Source: a virus
Lineage: Duplodnaviria; Caudoviricetes
Strand: one strand, 5' to 3'
IMG/VR virus record: IMGVR_UViG_3300033182_000484
Span: 681 to 64,680 of that record
DNA: 64,000 nucleotides
Shown here one piece after another: positions 9,309 to 18,982 of this stretch. Position numbers and translations under genes: made by a program. The notes beneath the pieces are model-generated. The model was given only the letters and a program-made list of their open reading frames with translations, searched no databases and was not told the DNA's origin. Each line of letters starts with the position of its first letter. Positions within the stretch are counted from its first letter, which is position 1.

Positions 9309-9569
9309 TCACCGGTCGCAGAACGACCGCGCGTTCGCCGACGCGTCGTTGCAGAGGATCTTGAGCTGCCACTCGACGTCCTTGACCCACTTCGCGTGCT
9401 CGGTGAACGCCTCTCGGTTCAGCAGCGTCTCGATCGCTGTAAGCCGAGCCTCGTGGCTCTGCAGCTCGAACGTCGAACTGGCCCACCCGTAGACCGTCGT
9501 CACCGCTATGGCCGCCACAGGCACCCAGGCAAGCAGCTTCTCCCACAGCGGCTTCTTCTCGGTCGACAT
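9309..9569 (-). CDS. Membrane protein with coiled coil (lysis module; holin/antiholin or i-spanin candidate)
   Basis: N-terminal TM helix, coiled coil, two C-terminal Cys; last gene of the late operon. Confidence 0.55.
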   Translation of the reverse strand: MSTEKKPLWEKLLAWVPVAAIAVTTVYGWASSTFELQSHEARLTAIETLLNREAFTEHAKWVKDVEWQLKILCNDASANARSFCDR

Positions 9570-10300
9570 CACGCGGCCAGTCGCGGCATGAGCGCCAGCT
9601 CGTACTTGGCCATGGGGTGATCCAGGAACCCGCGCGCGGTGACCCGGATCACCCCGAACCCGTGCGCCTTCCAGATCTCCGACACGACCGTCAGGCCGAA
9701 CGGCGACCGCAGGATCTGTCCCTTGGATCCGATGAACCGCATGTCGCCGCCGTGGCGGAAGTTCATCGTCCAGAGCGGAACCCGCGCGACCGGATCCGCG
9801 AGGTTCACGTAGCGCCGCCACGTGATCGGATCCAGGATGTGCACCAGGGTGCCGTCGCCGACACGCGGCTGCCCGAACGTCACCAGGGCGCGGACCGCGC
9901 CCTTCTGGGTGTAGTGGATCGACGCGGCGGCCAGGACCGCCAGAGCGCCACCCAGGCTGTGTCCGGTGAAGATCACCGGCAGCTTGGTCACCTCGATCAG
10001 CGCACTCAGCTGCTCCCAGACTGGATCCAGCGCGGCCTTGAACCCGCGATGCACCTTCGCCGGGCCGAGCGTGTGTGCCTCGGTCTTGCGGAACCGAATG
10101 TCGGACCGGAGGTCTCGGAGGCTCGTGGGCTCTGTGCCCCGGAACGCGATCACCAGGGCGTCGTCATGGATGAACCCGTAGGCCTCGGTGCCCTGGGCAT
10201 GGATGACGGCCACCTCCACGCCGGACGCCTCTCGGACCTCCGCTGGGTCCTTGTAGGCCAGCGCCGAGTAGCGGGCGAGGAGGTGGTCGTCGATCACCAT
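9569..10300 (-). CDS. Class 3 lipase (alpha/beta hydrolase)
   Basis: IAFRGTE, VHRGF, TGHSLGGALA nucleophile elbow, TFGQPRVG, DPVARVP, DH..Y. Confidence 0.93.
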   Translation of the reverse strand: MVIDDHLLARYSALAYKDPAEVREASGVEVAVIHAQGTEAYGFIHDDALVIAFRGTEPTSLRDLRSDIRFRKTEAHTLGPAKVHRGFKAALDPVWEQLSALIEVTKLPVIFTGHSLGGALAVLAAASIHYTQKGAVRALVTFGQPRVGDGTLVHILDPITWRRYVNLADPVARVPLWTMNFRHGGDMRFIGSKGQILRSPFGLTVVSEIWKAHGFGVIRVTARGFLDHPMAKYELALMPRLAA

Positions 10301-10524
10301 CAGTCAGGACAATACTGGTAGGTGCTGTCCTTGCGCAGGGCCTCGGCGACGTTGTCGGCCTTCTTCTTGCCGGACTCCGAGAGGCTCGGACAGATCAGCT
10401 CGGTCTTCACCGCGCGATAGGCCTCGATCACGATCGGGCCAGCGAAACCGACCACGGCAGCGGTGCCGCCGCCACAGCCGGTCAGGAGCGTCCCCGCGAG
10501 GACGATGGGGATCCAGCGTTTCAC
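10300..10524 (-). CDS. Lipoprotein (spanin-like candidate)
   Basis: GTG start; signal peptide with lipobox LLTG-C; directly downstream of the endolysin. Confidence 0.65.
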   Translation of the reverse strand: MKRWIPIVLAGTLLTGCGGGTAAVVGFAGPIVIEAYRAVKTELICPSLSESGKKKADNVAEALRKDSTYQYCPD

Positions 10525-11165
10525 TTCTTGCCTCCAGTCTTGTGCCGCGCCGGACGCTTCGCGGCGGGCTTCTTGGTGGCGGGCTTCGCCTTGGTCTTCG
10601 ACTTGGCCGCCGGTTTCGGTTTCGGCGCGCGAACGGTGCGACCGCTCGGAGACGCCACCGTCGGCTGCGGTGTCGACGGGACGCGGTTGTCGTGCGGACG
10701 GTAGACGCCATTGTTGGCCACCAGGACCTCGCGCCGGTTGTTCTCGACGCCCTGGACGATCGACGCGTGGATCCACCCGCTGTTCGGGTCGCCGCGCGTG
10801 TGATTCTCGAGGATGATCTGGTCGAAGATCGGAACGCCGCCGCTGATCATCCACTCGAACAGCTCGAAGTTGTCGACCTGGGGGATCTCGAAGTCGACGG
10901 CCTCGGCCAGCATGTGCTGACTGGTCCCAGCGCCGCCGATCGTCTTGTTCAGTTCCGGGCAGCGATACCAGCTCGACGGAGTGATGGGGTAGCCGAACCG
11001 GTCGCGCGGATACTGCAGGATGTGCTGCGCCACGCGGGTGGCGTTGGCCATGAGGCGCTTGGGCAGCGTGTTGTCGATACCCAGGCGCATTGCGGTGAGG
11101 GACTTCTCGGCCTCCCACAGGCTGAAGTTCCGGCTCAGTTGGACAGGGATCTTTGCTTCGGGCAT
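10521..11165 (-). CDS. Endolysin, peptidase M15A-like Zn peptidase with Lys/Ala/Pro-rich tail
   Basis: LSxNFSLxE..S.TA.R.GIDN, YRCPELN..IGG..SQH..AxD, FDQxIxE..WIHxS. Confidence 0.88.
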   Translation of the reverse strand: MPEAKIPVQLSRNFSLWEAEKSLTAMRLGIDNTLPKRLMANATRVAQHILQYPRDRFGYPITPSSWYRCPELNKTIGGAGTSQHMLAEAVDFEIPQVDNFELFEWMISGGVPIFDQIILENHTRGDPNSGWIHASIVQGVENNRREVLVANNGVYRPHDNRVPSTPQPTVASPSGRTVRAPKPKPAAKSKTKAKPATKKPAAKRPARHKTGGKK

Positions 11166-11217
11166 GTCGCCTCCATGGTTTTGTGTGGCCACACACTAAC
11201 CCGTCACGCTCTCCAGA

Positions 11218-11706
11218 TCAACGGATCTCGATATCAGCCGGGGGCAGCAGCACGGTGTAGTCCCGCCAGAGGCAGTGGTAGTTCACCTCCGTGTAGAAGG
11301 TGCCCCTCAGGGGCGGGATCTGCTTGGTCAGGTTTACCGGGAAGGTCGCCGTGGTCGTGCGCGGGACTTGATCCGTCGTCACCGGGATCTGGTTCGAGCC
11401 CTTGAACTTGGCCACCCCGTGACGGACGCCGTCGTTGTCCACGATCCATCGACTGATGATACCAACCTCACAGACGTGCCGCTTGACGGCCTCGACGCGA
11501 TACATGATCCGTGTGCCACGAGGAACTGGGTTGTTCACCACCTGCGCGCCCAGGTAATTGACTGGCCGACCGATCGAATCCGACAGGCTGTACCAGAGCA
11601 CCAACCCGGATCCGCACAGGATGAAACCGAGGATGGCTGAGGCAACCAGGAACACCCAGCACCTAGTCATCATCACCGACATTCCCTTGCTAGCTTTAGC
11701 CACCAT
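11218..11706 (-). CDS. Membrane-anchored periplasmic protein (lysis-associated)
   Basis: Single N-terminal TM helix followed by a beta-rich domain with Cys pair. Confidence 0.6.
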   Translation of the reverse strand: MVAKASKGMSVMMTRCWVFLVASAILGFILCGSGLVLWYSLSDSIGRPVNYLGAQVVNNPVPRGTRIMYRVEAVKRHVCEVGIISRWIVDNDGVRHGVAKFKGSNQIPVTTDQVPRTTTATFPVNLTKQIPPLRGTFYTEVNYHCLWRDYTVLLPPADIEIR

Positions 11707-11956
11707 AGGACGCGGGCCCCACCATGTTGGCTGCGACGATGGCCGTGATCACGGATCCGGCAAGCAGCGCAGTTACACCATACACGAAAAGCTGCAGGGG
11801 TTTAATCCTGGCCTCGAACACCTCCTTGTCGACGAAGGTCTCGGACCCTTGCGCCAGACGCGTGTCGATGTTTCCCAGACGCCGCTCCAGCTCGTCGAAG
11901 CGTGGGCCGATCGTGGCCTCCAGGACCGTCACCCGCCGATCAAGGTCTTCACTCAT
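11696..11956 (-). CDS. Holin-like (XhlA-type architecture) protein
   Basis: N-terminal coiled coil plus C-terminal TM helix, upstream of the endolysin. Confidence 0.55.
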   Translation of the reverse strand: MSEDLDRRVTVLEATIGPRFDELERRLGNIDTRLAQGSETFVDKEVFEARIKPLQLFVYGVTALLAGSVITAIVAANMVGPASYGG

Positions 11957-12303
11957 CCTTTCAGTCCCTTTGGCGGTGCCGTTGGAATTTTCGGTTTCAG
12001 GTGCGGTCCGTACATGTCGCCCCTCGCGATCCAGCAGACCCAATCGTCGACCGTAAACCAAATCGACCATCGGCGCGTGTCCGGGTTGGCGGCGACAAAC
12101 CACATATCGCCCTCCAGGTCGATCCCGGACCAATCCACGTCGGACCCTTCGCCCATAATCGCCGACGCAAGTGGGGTGCATTGAGCCGTGAGCTGCATGG
12201 TCGCGTAGCCGCCTGGGAAGGCTGGCGGGACGCGATCTCTCCCGGCGTACGCCGAGCTGGCACACAGGACGACGGTGAGGACGATTGCAATCAATCTGAT
12301 CAT
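11953..12303 (-). CDS. Secreted/periplasmic hypothetical protein
   Basis: Signal peptide; C..NP.T..WS..C.I.xG motif. Confidence 0.65.
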   Translation of the reverse strand: MIRLIAIVLTVVLCASSAYAGRDRVPPAFPGGYATMQLTAQCTPLASAIMGEGSDVDWSGIDLEGDMWFVAANPDTRRWSIWFTVDDWVCWIARGDMYGPHLKPKIPTAPPKGLKG

Positions 12304-12356
12304 TGCTGCTTCCCTCCATAGTCCTGGTTGAACATATCATGGTGCGCAACTCAGCG

Positions 12357-14642
12357 CTACGGGGATATGTTGAGACGCCCGTAGGCTTCGTCGGCCATGC
12401 GGGACACTTCGTCAGCTGCGTCCTCGGCCCTCTCGCCCAGGTCTTCGATGCCCAGGCGCAGCAGGCGCGTCAGGGAATTACGGAAACCCTGAGACTCTGG
12501 CGAGTTCCTGGCGATCTCCTCCATCAGCTGCTTGTACACGGGCTTATTCATCTGGCCAGTCACGTAGCGCAGGCCGATGGTGGTCATGATGGCAGGCACC
12601 CCGCCGACCGCGCCGGATCCACCACCGGCGATGCCGATGCCGACGATGCCCTTCAGAGCGCTGCGAACCCCGCCGAGCATCCCTCGCCGGGCGACAAACG
12701 TCGACAGGTCCGGCACGTCGGAGTTGGTGATCTTCGACGCGAAGTCCGCAAACAGCTCCAGGCGCTCGCGGTCGACACCGGCCAGACGGTACGCCGAGTT
12801 CATGGCATTCTCGGTGCCCTCGCGCACGCCGGTGTTGCCCAGGCCGGTCATCTCCAGGAACTTCTTCGAGTTGAAACCCTTGTCGGTGATCGACTGGTTG
12901 AACGCGTTCGTGACGTGCGTCTGGACCGCCTTGCGGTAGGCGCGCTTCCCGACGATGTCCAGCAGCTCCTTCTGGGCCTCGGCGGACTTGGTGTTGAACA
13001 TCATGTCGAACACCTCGTCCTCGCGCCACTTCGGCTGCTTGAAGCTGCGCACGCCCGTGGAGAGGGCGTCCGGGTCGGTCCCCTTGATCGACTGCGCGGT
13101 CTTCGAATCGAAGATCCCCATCATCCGGCTGTAGAAGTTGTCGGCCTTGGTCAGCGCTTCCAGCGCTTCGGCTCCCGGACCCTCCGGGTCGATCGCTCGC
13201 TGCGCCGCCTCGGCCTCCCCGGCCATCTTCAGGATGGCGTGCTGCAGCGTGGCCGCCGCCTTCTTGCCGCCCTTCGAGGCTTCCTTGGCCTTGGCTGCCG
13301 CCGCGTACAGAGATCCTTCGATGGTCTCCAGCTGACGCAGCGACACGCGGTCACCGTACATGACCACCTCGTTGACGGCGTCGTTGTAGATCTTCCAGGC
13401 GTCCTTGAGGGCTTCGGGCACCATGATCTCGCCCGTTTCCCTGTTGGTGGGGATCGCCTTGGTTGCCTCGTCCAGCGAGTCGATAGCGCGCAGCTGCAGG
13501 TTCTCCGTCGGGAAGATCTCCCCCGCCTCGTCGGCCAGCTGCCGGTACTCTGTGTACATGCGGTTGGCCTTGCCGGAGAACGCGGCGAACTTTTTCTTCG
13601 CCGCCTTGATCAGATGCTTGGATGCCTGGGGCTTGGTCAGTGTCGGACCCGCCATCACGAACAGGCGGTCCTTGGCGTTCAAAAACTCCTGGGCCAGCCG
13701 GTCGCGGCTCTTTGCCGCCGGGGTGCCGATGAACGGCATCACGCCGACGATCCGGTTGAACCCCTTGATTAGCGGGCGCTCGGTCACGTTCACGTTCGAC
13801 AGGCCGACGCCGAACTTGTTCATGATGTCGGCGGCGTAGCGGCGCTGCTCCGGGCCCACGCCGGTGAACATGTCGATCGCCTTGCGCCCCACGCCGCGCC
13901 CCACGCGTCCCACGGTCGACAGCGCGCCCGCGAACATGGCGTCGTTCTTGGCCTCTTCCATGCCCAGCTGGGCGGCCTCCAGGGCCCCCACGCGCTTGTA
14001 GGGCGTATCGGCCCCCATGTTCTTCAGCGCGTCCAGGCCGCCGTAGTAGCCGTAGACGCCGGATCCGGCACCCGCCGCACCCGCCGCGATCTGGCCGCCC
14101 GCGTTGATGATCGGCCCCCAGAACGGGACCGGGGAGAACGGACGCAGGTACGGCTCGACGGCCCGGTTGGCCGACGCGCCGCCGATCACCGCCGCGTGCA
14201 GCGCGCCGCCCGAATCCTTCGGGTGCAGCGACAGCAGCCTCTTGCGGAGCGCTCGCTTCCGGCGCTCGACGTCCTGGTTCTGCTCCCAGGCAGTGAACTC
14301 CGGCGTGCCTGGGGGCGGCGCACCGGCGATCGGAGCCTGCACTTCCGGCGGCGCGTACTCGTTCCCGGTGGTCGCGCGATCCAGGATGGCGGATCCAGCG
14401 GACAGCGCGTCCTTGACACCCTGGACGCCCTGGGTGATCGCCTCGCGGCCCTGGCGCTCCATCTGCTTGGCGTTGATCGTCGGGTTCGCGGCGACGTCCG
14501 GGTTCTCCGCAACGGCAGGCGCGTCACCGCCGGATCCGCGCATCTCCAGGTACGCGTCCTTCACGGTCTCGAACTCGGGCGTGCCCTGCTTGTCCTCGTT
14601 CTGGACAAGCCACTCCGCGTATTTTTCGAGACGGTCGACCAT
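12357..14642 (-). CDS. Internal virion (ejection/DNA-injection) protein
   Basis: 761 aa, helical, Gly/Ala-rich hydrophobic stretches; N-terminal YAxWLVxNxDKxGTPEFETV motif; position after tail genes. Confidence 0.65.
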   Translation of the reverse strand: MVDRLEKYAEWLVQNEDKQGTPEFETVKDAYLEMRGSGGDAPAVAENPDVAANPTINAKQMERQGREAITQGVQGVKDALSAGSAILDRATTGNEYAPPEVQAPIAGAPPPGTPEFTAWEQNQDVERRKRALRKRLLSLHPKDSGGALHAAVIGGASANRAVEPYLRPFSPVPFWGPIINAGGQIAAGAAGAGSGVYGYYGGLDALKNMGADTPYKRVGALEAAQLGMEEAKNDAMFAGALSTVGRVGRGVGRKAIDMFTGVGPEQRRYAADIMNKFGVGLSNVNVTERPLIKGFNRIVGVMPFIGTPAAKSRDRLAQEFLNAKDRLFVMAGPTLTKPQASKHLIKAAKKKFAAFSGKANRMYTEYRQLADEAGEIFPTENLQLRAIDSLDEATKAIPTNRETGEIMVPEALKDAWKIYNDAVNEVVMYGDRVSLRQLETIEGSLYAAAAKAKEASKGGKKAAATLQHAILKMAGEAEAAQRAIDPEGPGAEALEALTKADNFYSRMMGIFDSKTAQSIKGTDPDALSTGVRSFKQPKWREDEVFDMMFNTKSAEAQKELLDIVGKRAYRKAVQTHVTNAFNQSITDKGFNSKKFLEMTGLGNTGVREGTENAMNSAYRLAGVDRERLELFADFASKITNSDVPDLSTFVARRGMLGGVRSALKGIVGIGIAGGGSGAVGGVPAIMTTIGLRYVTGQMNKPVYKQLMEEIARNSPESQGFRNSLTRLLRLGIEDLGERAEDAADEVSRMADEAYGRLNISP

Positions 14643-14644
14643 GT

Positions 14645-17236
14645 CTAGCCTCCGATCCCCACGATCTTGTCAGCCTTCGAGACGTTGCTGGCCGCCGACG
14701 GGGTGCCGCCACCACGCAAGATCTCGGCGACCTCCTGGTCGTAGGTGCCCTGCTCGATCTTCTTCAGCACCTCCTCGACCCGGGCCCGGATGCCCGCCGC
14801 CGACTTGATGCCCTGGAGTGACACCTGATCCTTGATCAGCTGCTGCTGCTCCTTCAGTATCCGCGTCGTGCCGGTGACGGCCTTCTTATGCGCCATCATC
14901 AGCTCGAACAGCGTGTTCTCCAGGACCGGCACGGTCTTCAGGTTCTCGCCTCCACCGGCGGCCCTCGCCATGTCGTTCATGTAGCTCTGGCCGTCCTTGT
15001 AGCCGACCAGCCCCGCGACGTCGCCCAGCATCCCGGCGAACTCGGCACCCGCCGTGCGCAGCGCGCCTGTCAGGCCCAACTGATCATCGGTCAGCGCCGC
15101 GACCCGATTCCGCACGTTGTCGATCGTGCCCCGCAAGGCCTTCAGGCGCTGCTGGTTAGCACGGGCCTCGGCGGTCTTGGTCGGGGATACCGGTGTGAAC
15201 GTCTCGGTGCCCGCAGGCAGCTCGCCCACCGGCACACGCTTGCCGTCCATGTTGACGTAGTCGTTGCCGCCCGCGTCAGTCATGACCGTGAAGGTCCGAC
15301 CGTCCGGCAGCTGCACGTTCATCGACCGCAGCTTCTCGCCCTTGGCCTTCGACGTCGACGCCTTGTTGATCGCGTCGGTCAGGGTCTGTTTCTTCTGGGC
15401 GTACTCCGGGTCCTCCGGGTCGAGCGCGGCGCGCTCCGCCATCATGCGGGATACGTTCGACAGCTTCTCGGGGTCGGACCCCTTCTCGATCAGGATCTGC
15501 TCCAGGACCTTCGCCTGCTCGCTGTCGGCACCGTACTGGCCGACCGCCGCCTGCCAGTCGCTGAACAGCTTGCCCTCGGACGACTGCGGCCCACCGTACT
15601 TGGCGCGCAGGGTCGCCACGGCCAGCTCGCGCTCGCTCTGGATCTTCCTAGCCGCCAGGGCCGACGCACGCGCCTCCTTGACGCCAGACGCGTAGTCCTT
15701 CTCCGCGCCCTTCAGGGCCATCGCGAGGTTCGCCATCGGGCCACGGTTCACACCGTCCGGGCTGCCGCCGCCGAGCGCGAGCAGGTTGAGACCTGTGTTG
15801 TACGCGACGGAGTTGCCGGTGCTCGGGTTCACCCGACCAAACAGGTGCTTCAGCGCTCCGGCCACCGGGTTTCCAGGCGCAGCAGCGGGCGCTGGGGCCG
15901 CCGGTGGGGCTGCCGCAACTCCGAGGGCCCCGGCACCCATGCGGGTGTCCATCTGACGCCCGGGGACGCCCCTGGTGGTCGGGAGCGTGGCGTCGACGTC
16001 GGGGATTCCTGCGGACGCGGACAGCGCGCCCAGCGCAGGCTCAACCGTCGTCGGCGGGGGCATCGGAATGAGCGGGCGCGGCTGCGGGAGCGGCGTCGGC
16101 GGCGCTCCCTGCATGAGTGACGCCTTGGCCTGCTCCAGCTCCGGCGGGAGCGGGGCACCGGCCTCCTCGAACTCCTGGATCATGCGGATCGTCAGCTCCA
16201 CATTGTCCGGCGCACCTCCACCGGCCAACGGCAGGCGACCGCCGTGCTTCAGGCCCAGGCTGCTCAGGAACGAACTGCCGACCGTGCCACGACCCTTGCC
16301 GAGCCCGAGCCCGGCAACGGTCAGCGCGCCGCCCAGGGTCGACGACGCGATGTCGCGACCGGTGGGCTGGATCGTGGTCTGGCCCACCGGCAGGCCCGAC
16401 ACGACACTCGACCCGAAGTTCACGCGGCTCTCGGGATACCCGCGCACCTCGTTGAACAGGTCCATGCGGTCCTGGATCTGGCGGTTCTGGAACGCCTCCT
16501 GCTCGGCACCGGCCTGACGCAGCGCGCCCATCTTGCGGATCTGACGATCCAGCTCTGCATCCTCCAGGCGTGACGCCGTGGTGGACAGCGTACCGGCCAG
16601 GGTGCGGTTCTGGATGTCGAACCGGCCCAGCCGCTCGCGTTCGCGCTCCAGCACGTCCTCGGACCGCTCGTAGGCGGACTTGTGCATGCCGGACGTCAGC
16701 AGGTCGCGGTCTCGCAGGTAGTCGGTCTCGGCCTGCGCCTCCATCATCAGTCCGCGCGACCCAGGCATACCGGCACGCAGCGCGGCGCGCCGCGCACGGC
16801 TGCGGTCAGCACCACGATCCGATGCGTCCAGCGTCTTCTGGATCCACCCCTCGACATAGGGGTTCATGCGTTCGTTGATCTCGTCCGTCGACAGGCCGGA
16901 CATCGCCTTGTTGATGTTCTCCTGATTCCCGGCCACGTCCATGAGGGCACCAATGCGGTCGCCCATCCGCAGGCCCTGGCCAGTACCGATCTCGGCGGCC
17001 TTGCCGAACGACGCGAGGCGCATCGCGGACGGACCGGCGCTGCGCTGCGCGGTCCAGAACTGGCCGGGACGCTGCAGGATGTTCTGCGCGAGAGCACCCG
17101 TCTGACCGGCCAGAGGCTGATACTCGGCGGGGAATTGGACCTGGGTCGAGGTCTTCTTCTCCTTGTCGCCGAACAGGCCACTCAGCGCGCCCAGCGCGCC
17201 GCCTGCAAGGATGGCTGTACCTGCGGTGATTGCCAT
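14645..17236 (-). CDS. Internal virion (pilot/ejection) protein
   Basis: Gly/Ala-rich hydrophobic N-terminus, MNPY motif, coiled coils; podovirus pilot-like. Confidence 0.65.
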   Translation of the reverse strand: MAITAGTAILAGGALGALSGLFGDKEKKTSTQVQFPAEYQPLAGQTGALAQNILQRPGQFWTAQRSAGPSAMRLASFGKAAEIGTGQGLRMGDRIGALMDVAGNQENINKAMSGLSTDEINERMNPYVEGWIQKTLDASDRGADRSRARRAALRAGMPGSRGLMMEAQAETDYLRDRDLLTSGMHKSAYERSEDVLERERERLGRFDIQNRTLAGTLSTTASRLEDAELDRQIRKMGALRQAGAEQEAFQNRQIQDRMDLFNEVRGYPESRVNFGSSVVSGLPVGQTTIQPTGRDIASSTLGGALTVAGLGLGKGRGTVGSSFLSSLGLKHGGRLPLAGGGAPDNVELTIRMIQEFEEAGAPLPPELEQAKASLMQGAPPTPLPQPRPLIPMPPPTTVEPALGALSASAGIPDVDATLPTTRGVPGRQMDTRMGAGALGVAAAPPAAPAPAAAPGNPVAGALKHLFGRVNPSTGNSVAYNTGLNLLALGGGSPDGVNRGPMANLAMALKGAEKDYASGVKEARASALAARKIQSERELAVATLRAKYGGPQSSEGKLFSDWQAAVGQYGADSEQAKVLEQILIEKGSDPEKLSNVSRMMAERAALDPEDPEYAQKKQTLTDAINKASTSKAKGEKLRSMNVQLPDGRTFTVMTDAGGNDYVNMDGKRVPVGELPAGTETFTPVSPTKTAEARANQQRLKALRGTIDNVRNRVAALTDDQLGLTGALRTAGAEFAGMLGDVAGLVGYKDGQSYMNDMARAAGGGENLKTVPVLENTLFELMMAHKKAVTGTTRILKEQQQLIKDQVSLQGIKSAAGIRARVEEVLKKIEQGTYDQEVAEILRGGGTPSAASNVSKADKIVGIGG

Positions 17237-17245
17237 CGGTCCCTC

Positions 17246-18982
17246 CTATGCGTACGCGCTGCCGTGCGGCGGGGGCATTTGCATGCGCCTCATGATGCCC
17301 TGCTGGCGCGTTCCCATGACCATGTTGTCGAGGACCCGGCCTCCCGCTTCGGAAGACCCATTGCCAAGATCGCTTACAACGTCTGACGGCACAACATATT
17401 CCTCGCGCGACAGGGATACGTTCTGCCTGCTGTCAGACATACCGTCGCCGGGGGCGGACACCATTCCGGGCTGAACCGGCGGGTCCACCCCCGGATCGGG
17501 CTGCCCCCCGACCGAGTAAGCGTTGCGGGCCCGGCGCAGCGCGCCGATGCGACCTCCGCGCCGCATCTTGTAGCCCATCGTCGCCGCGCCCTTCGAGATC
17601 AGATCGTTCAACGCGCCGCCGCCGAACCCGGCGGATGCCGCATTTGGCGGAGGCAAATTCTGCTGCGCGATCTCGGCCATGGTTGGCACGCGGTTGTTGA
17701 AACTCTCCACGTAGGTGTACGGATCCCCCGCCTCCTCCGCGCCCCAGGCACGGCTTTCGCCGCTGCCGAACAGGTCGTAGTGCTCGCGGGCGTCCTTGAA
17801 CTGGCCTGCGTCGATCGCCGCCGCCACGTCCGGGTTGTTCTTCAGGTACGCCTCCTCCGCCGTCAGCGCGGTGGGGTTCAGGCCGTACACCGTGTTGAGC
17901 TGGGCCGTCTGGGCCGTCGGGGTGCCCGGCACGGCACCGCTGCCCAGGATCTGATTGATCAGGGCTCGGATCTCCTCTTCGCTCAGGCCGCCGCCGAACG
18001 CTCCGCCGATGTCGACGTTGCCCGCACCGGCCTCGTCCGGGCCGACCGCGCCCTGGGCGTCGGTGGATGTATCGCCGAACCCGCCGCCGAAACCATCGTC
18101 ACCGCCCGGGCCGCCGCCAGTGCCGCCGGAGTTTCCGCCGACCTTCAGCGGCAGCCGACCGCCCTGGGCCGCCATGACGCGGGTCATTGCGCCGTCGGAT
18201 CGCGTGGGCGCGCCCCAGACGCGGCCTTCTTTCCTGCCGAACTGCTCGTAGTGCTCCAGCGCGTCCATGCCGCTCTCCGCTACGTCTTTGTTCTGTTCGA
18301 GATACTGCGCCTTCCAGCGATCGACGTCGGCGTTCTGACCGAACACCCGGCCTTCCTTCGCGCCGTAGTTCAGATAGTGCTCCAGCGCGTCCTGGCCCTT
18401 CATGCCGCGCAGGTCATCATACCGGTTCGCGTAGTCGCTGGCCGCCCGGTAGGTGTTGACGATGTTGGCTTCCCCCAGGCGCTTCAGGACGCCCGGCGAC
18501 AGACGCGGTTCGGATCCCGGCCCCACGTCGTTGCCCTGGGCACCGCCGCCGAAGTTCGCCGGGTCGTTCGAGATCCCGGTGTCGTCGCCCACGAACCCGG
18601 TCGGGGTCGACACATCCATGCCTGCAGCTCGCGCCGCGCGCCCGGCAATGTCGCCCGCGACTGTCGCGCCCTGGATCCCGATCGGGCCGATGCCCACGCC
18701 GTAGCCGGATCCGTACACGCCGCCGAACGGGTTGACGCCCGCGCTGATCAGGCCGCCGATGACGTCGTCGATGTCCGCGCCCAGGCCTCCGGCACCGCCA
18801 TACGCGCCCGGGGCCGCGCCGCCGAACTCACCGGCCACGCCCGCATCGCTCTCAGCGCCAGGGTTGCCCGGGGACGGGTTGTTAGGGTCGTCCGGGCCGC
18901 CGCCGAGGCCGCCTTCGTTGAACCCCTTGCGCTGGGCGGCATGACGCCGGAGCGCGCCGCCGAATCTGGTTTGGCTCATCAT
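17246..18982 (-). CDS. Gly-rich internal virion protein with three YLxxNxDV..HYxxFGxxEGR repeats
   Basis: Repeats visible in the translation; C-terminal PGDGMSD..LSxxEYVVPxDVVSxLGNGSSxAG domain. Confidence 0.65.
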   Translation of the reverse strand: MMSQTRFGGALRRHAAQRKGFNEGGLGGGPDDPNNPSPGNPGAESDAGVAGEFGGAAPGAYGGAGGLGADIDDVIGGLISAGVNPFGGVYGSGYGVGIGPIGIQGATVAGDIAGRAARAAGMDVSTPTGFVGDDTGISNDPANFGGGAQGNDVGPGSEPRLSPGVLKRLGEANIVNTYRAASDYANRYDDLRGMKGQDALEHYLNYGAKEGRVFGQNADVDRWKAQYLEQNKDVAESGMDALEHYEQFGRKEGRVWGAPTRSDGAMTRVMAAQGGRLPLKVGGNSGGTGGGPGGDDGFGGGFGDTSTDAQGAVGPDEAGAGNVDIGGAFGGGLSEEEIRALINQILGSGAVPGTPTAQTAQLNTVYGLNPTALTAEEAYLKNNPDVAAAIDAGQFKDAREHYDLFGSGESRAWGAEEAGDPYTYVESFNNRVPTMAEIAQQNLPPPNAASAGFGGGALNDLISKGAATMGYKMRRGGRIGALRRARNAYSVGGQPDPGVDPPVQPGMVSAPGDGMSDSRQNVSLSREEYVVPSDVVSDLGNGSSEAGGRVLDNMVMGTRQQGIMRRMQMPPPHGSAYA

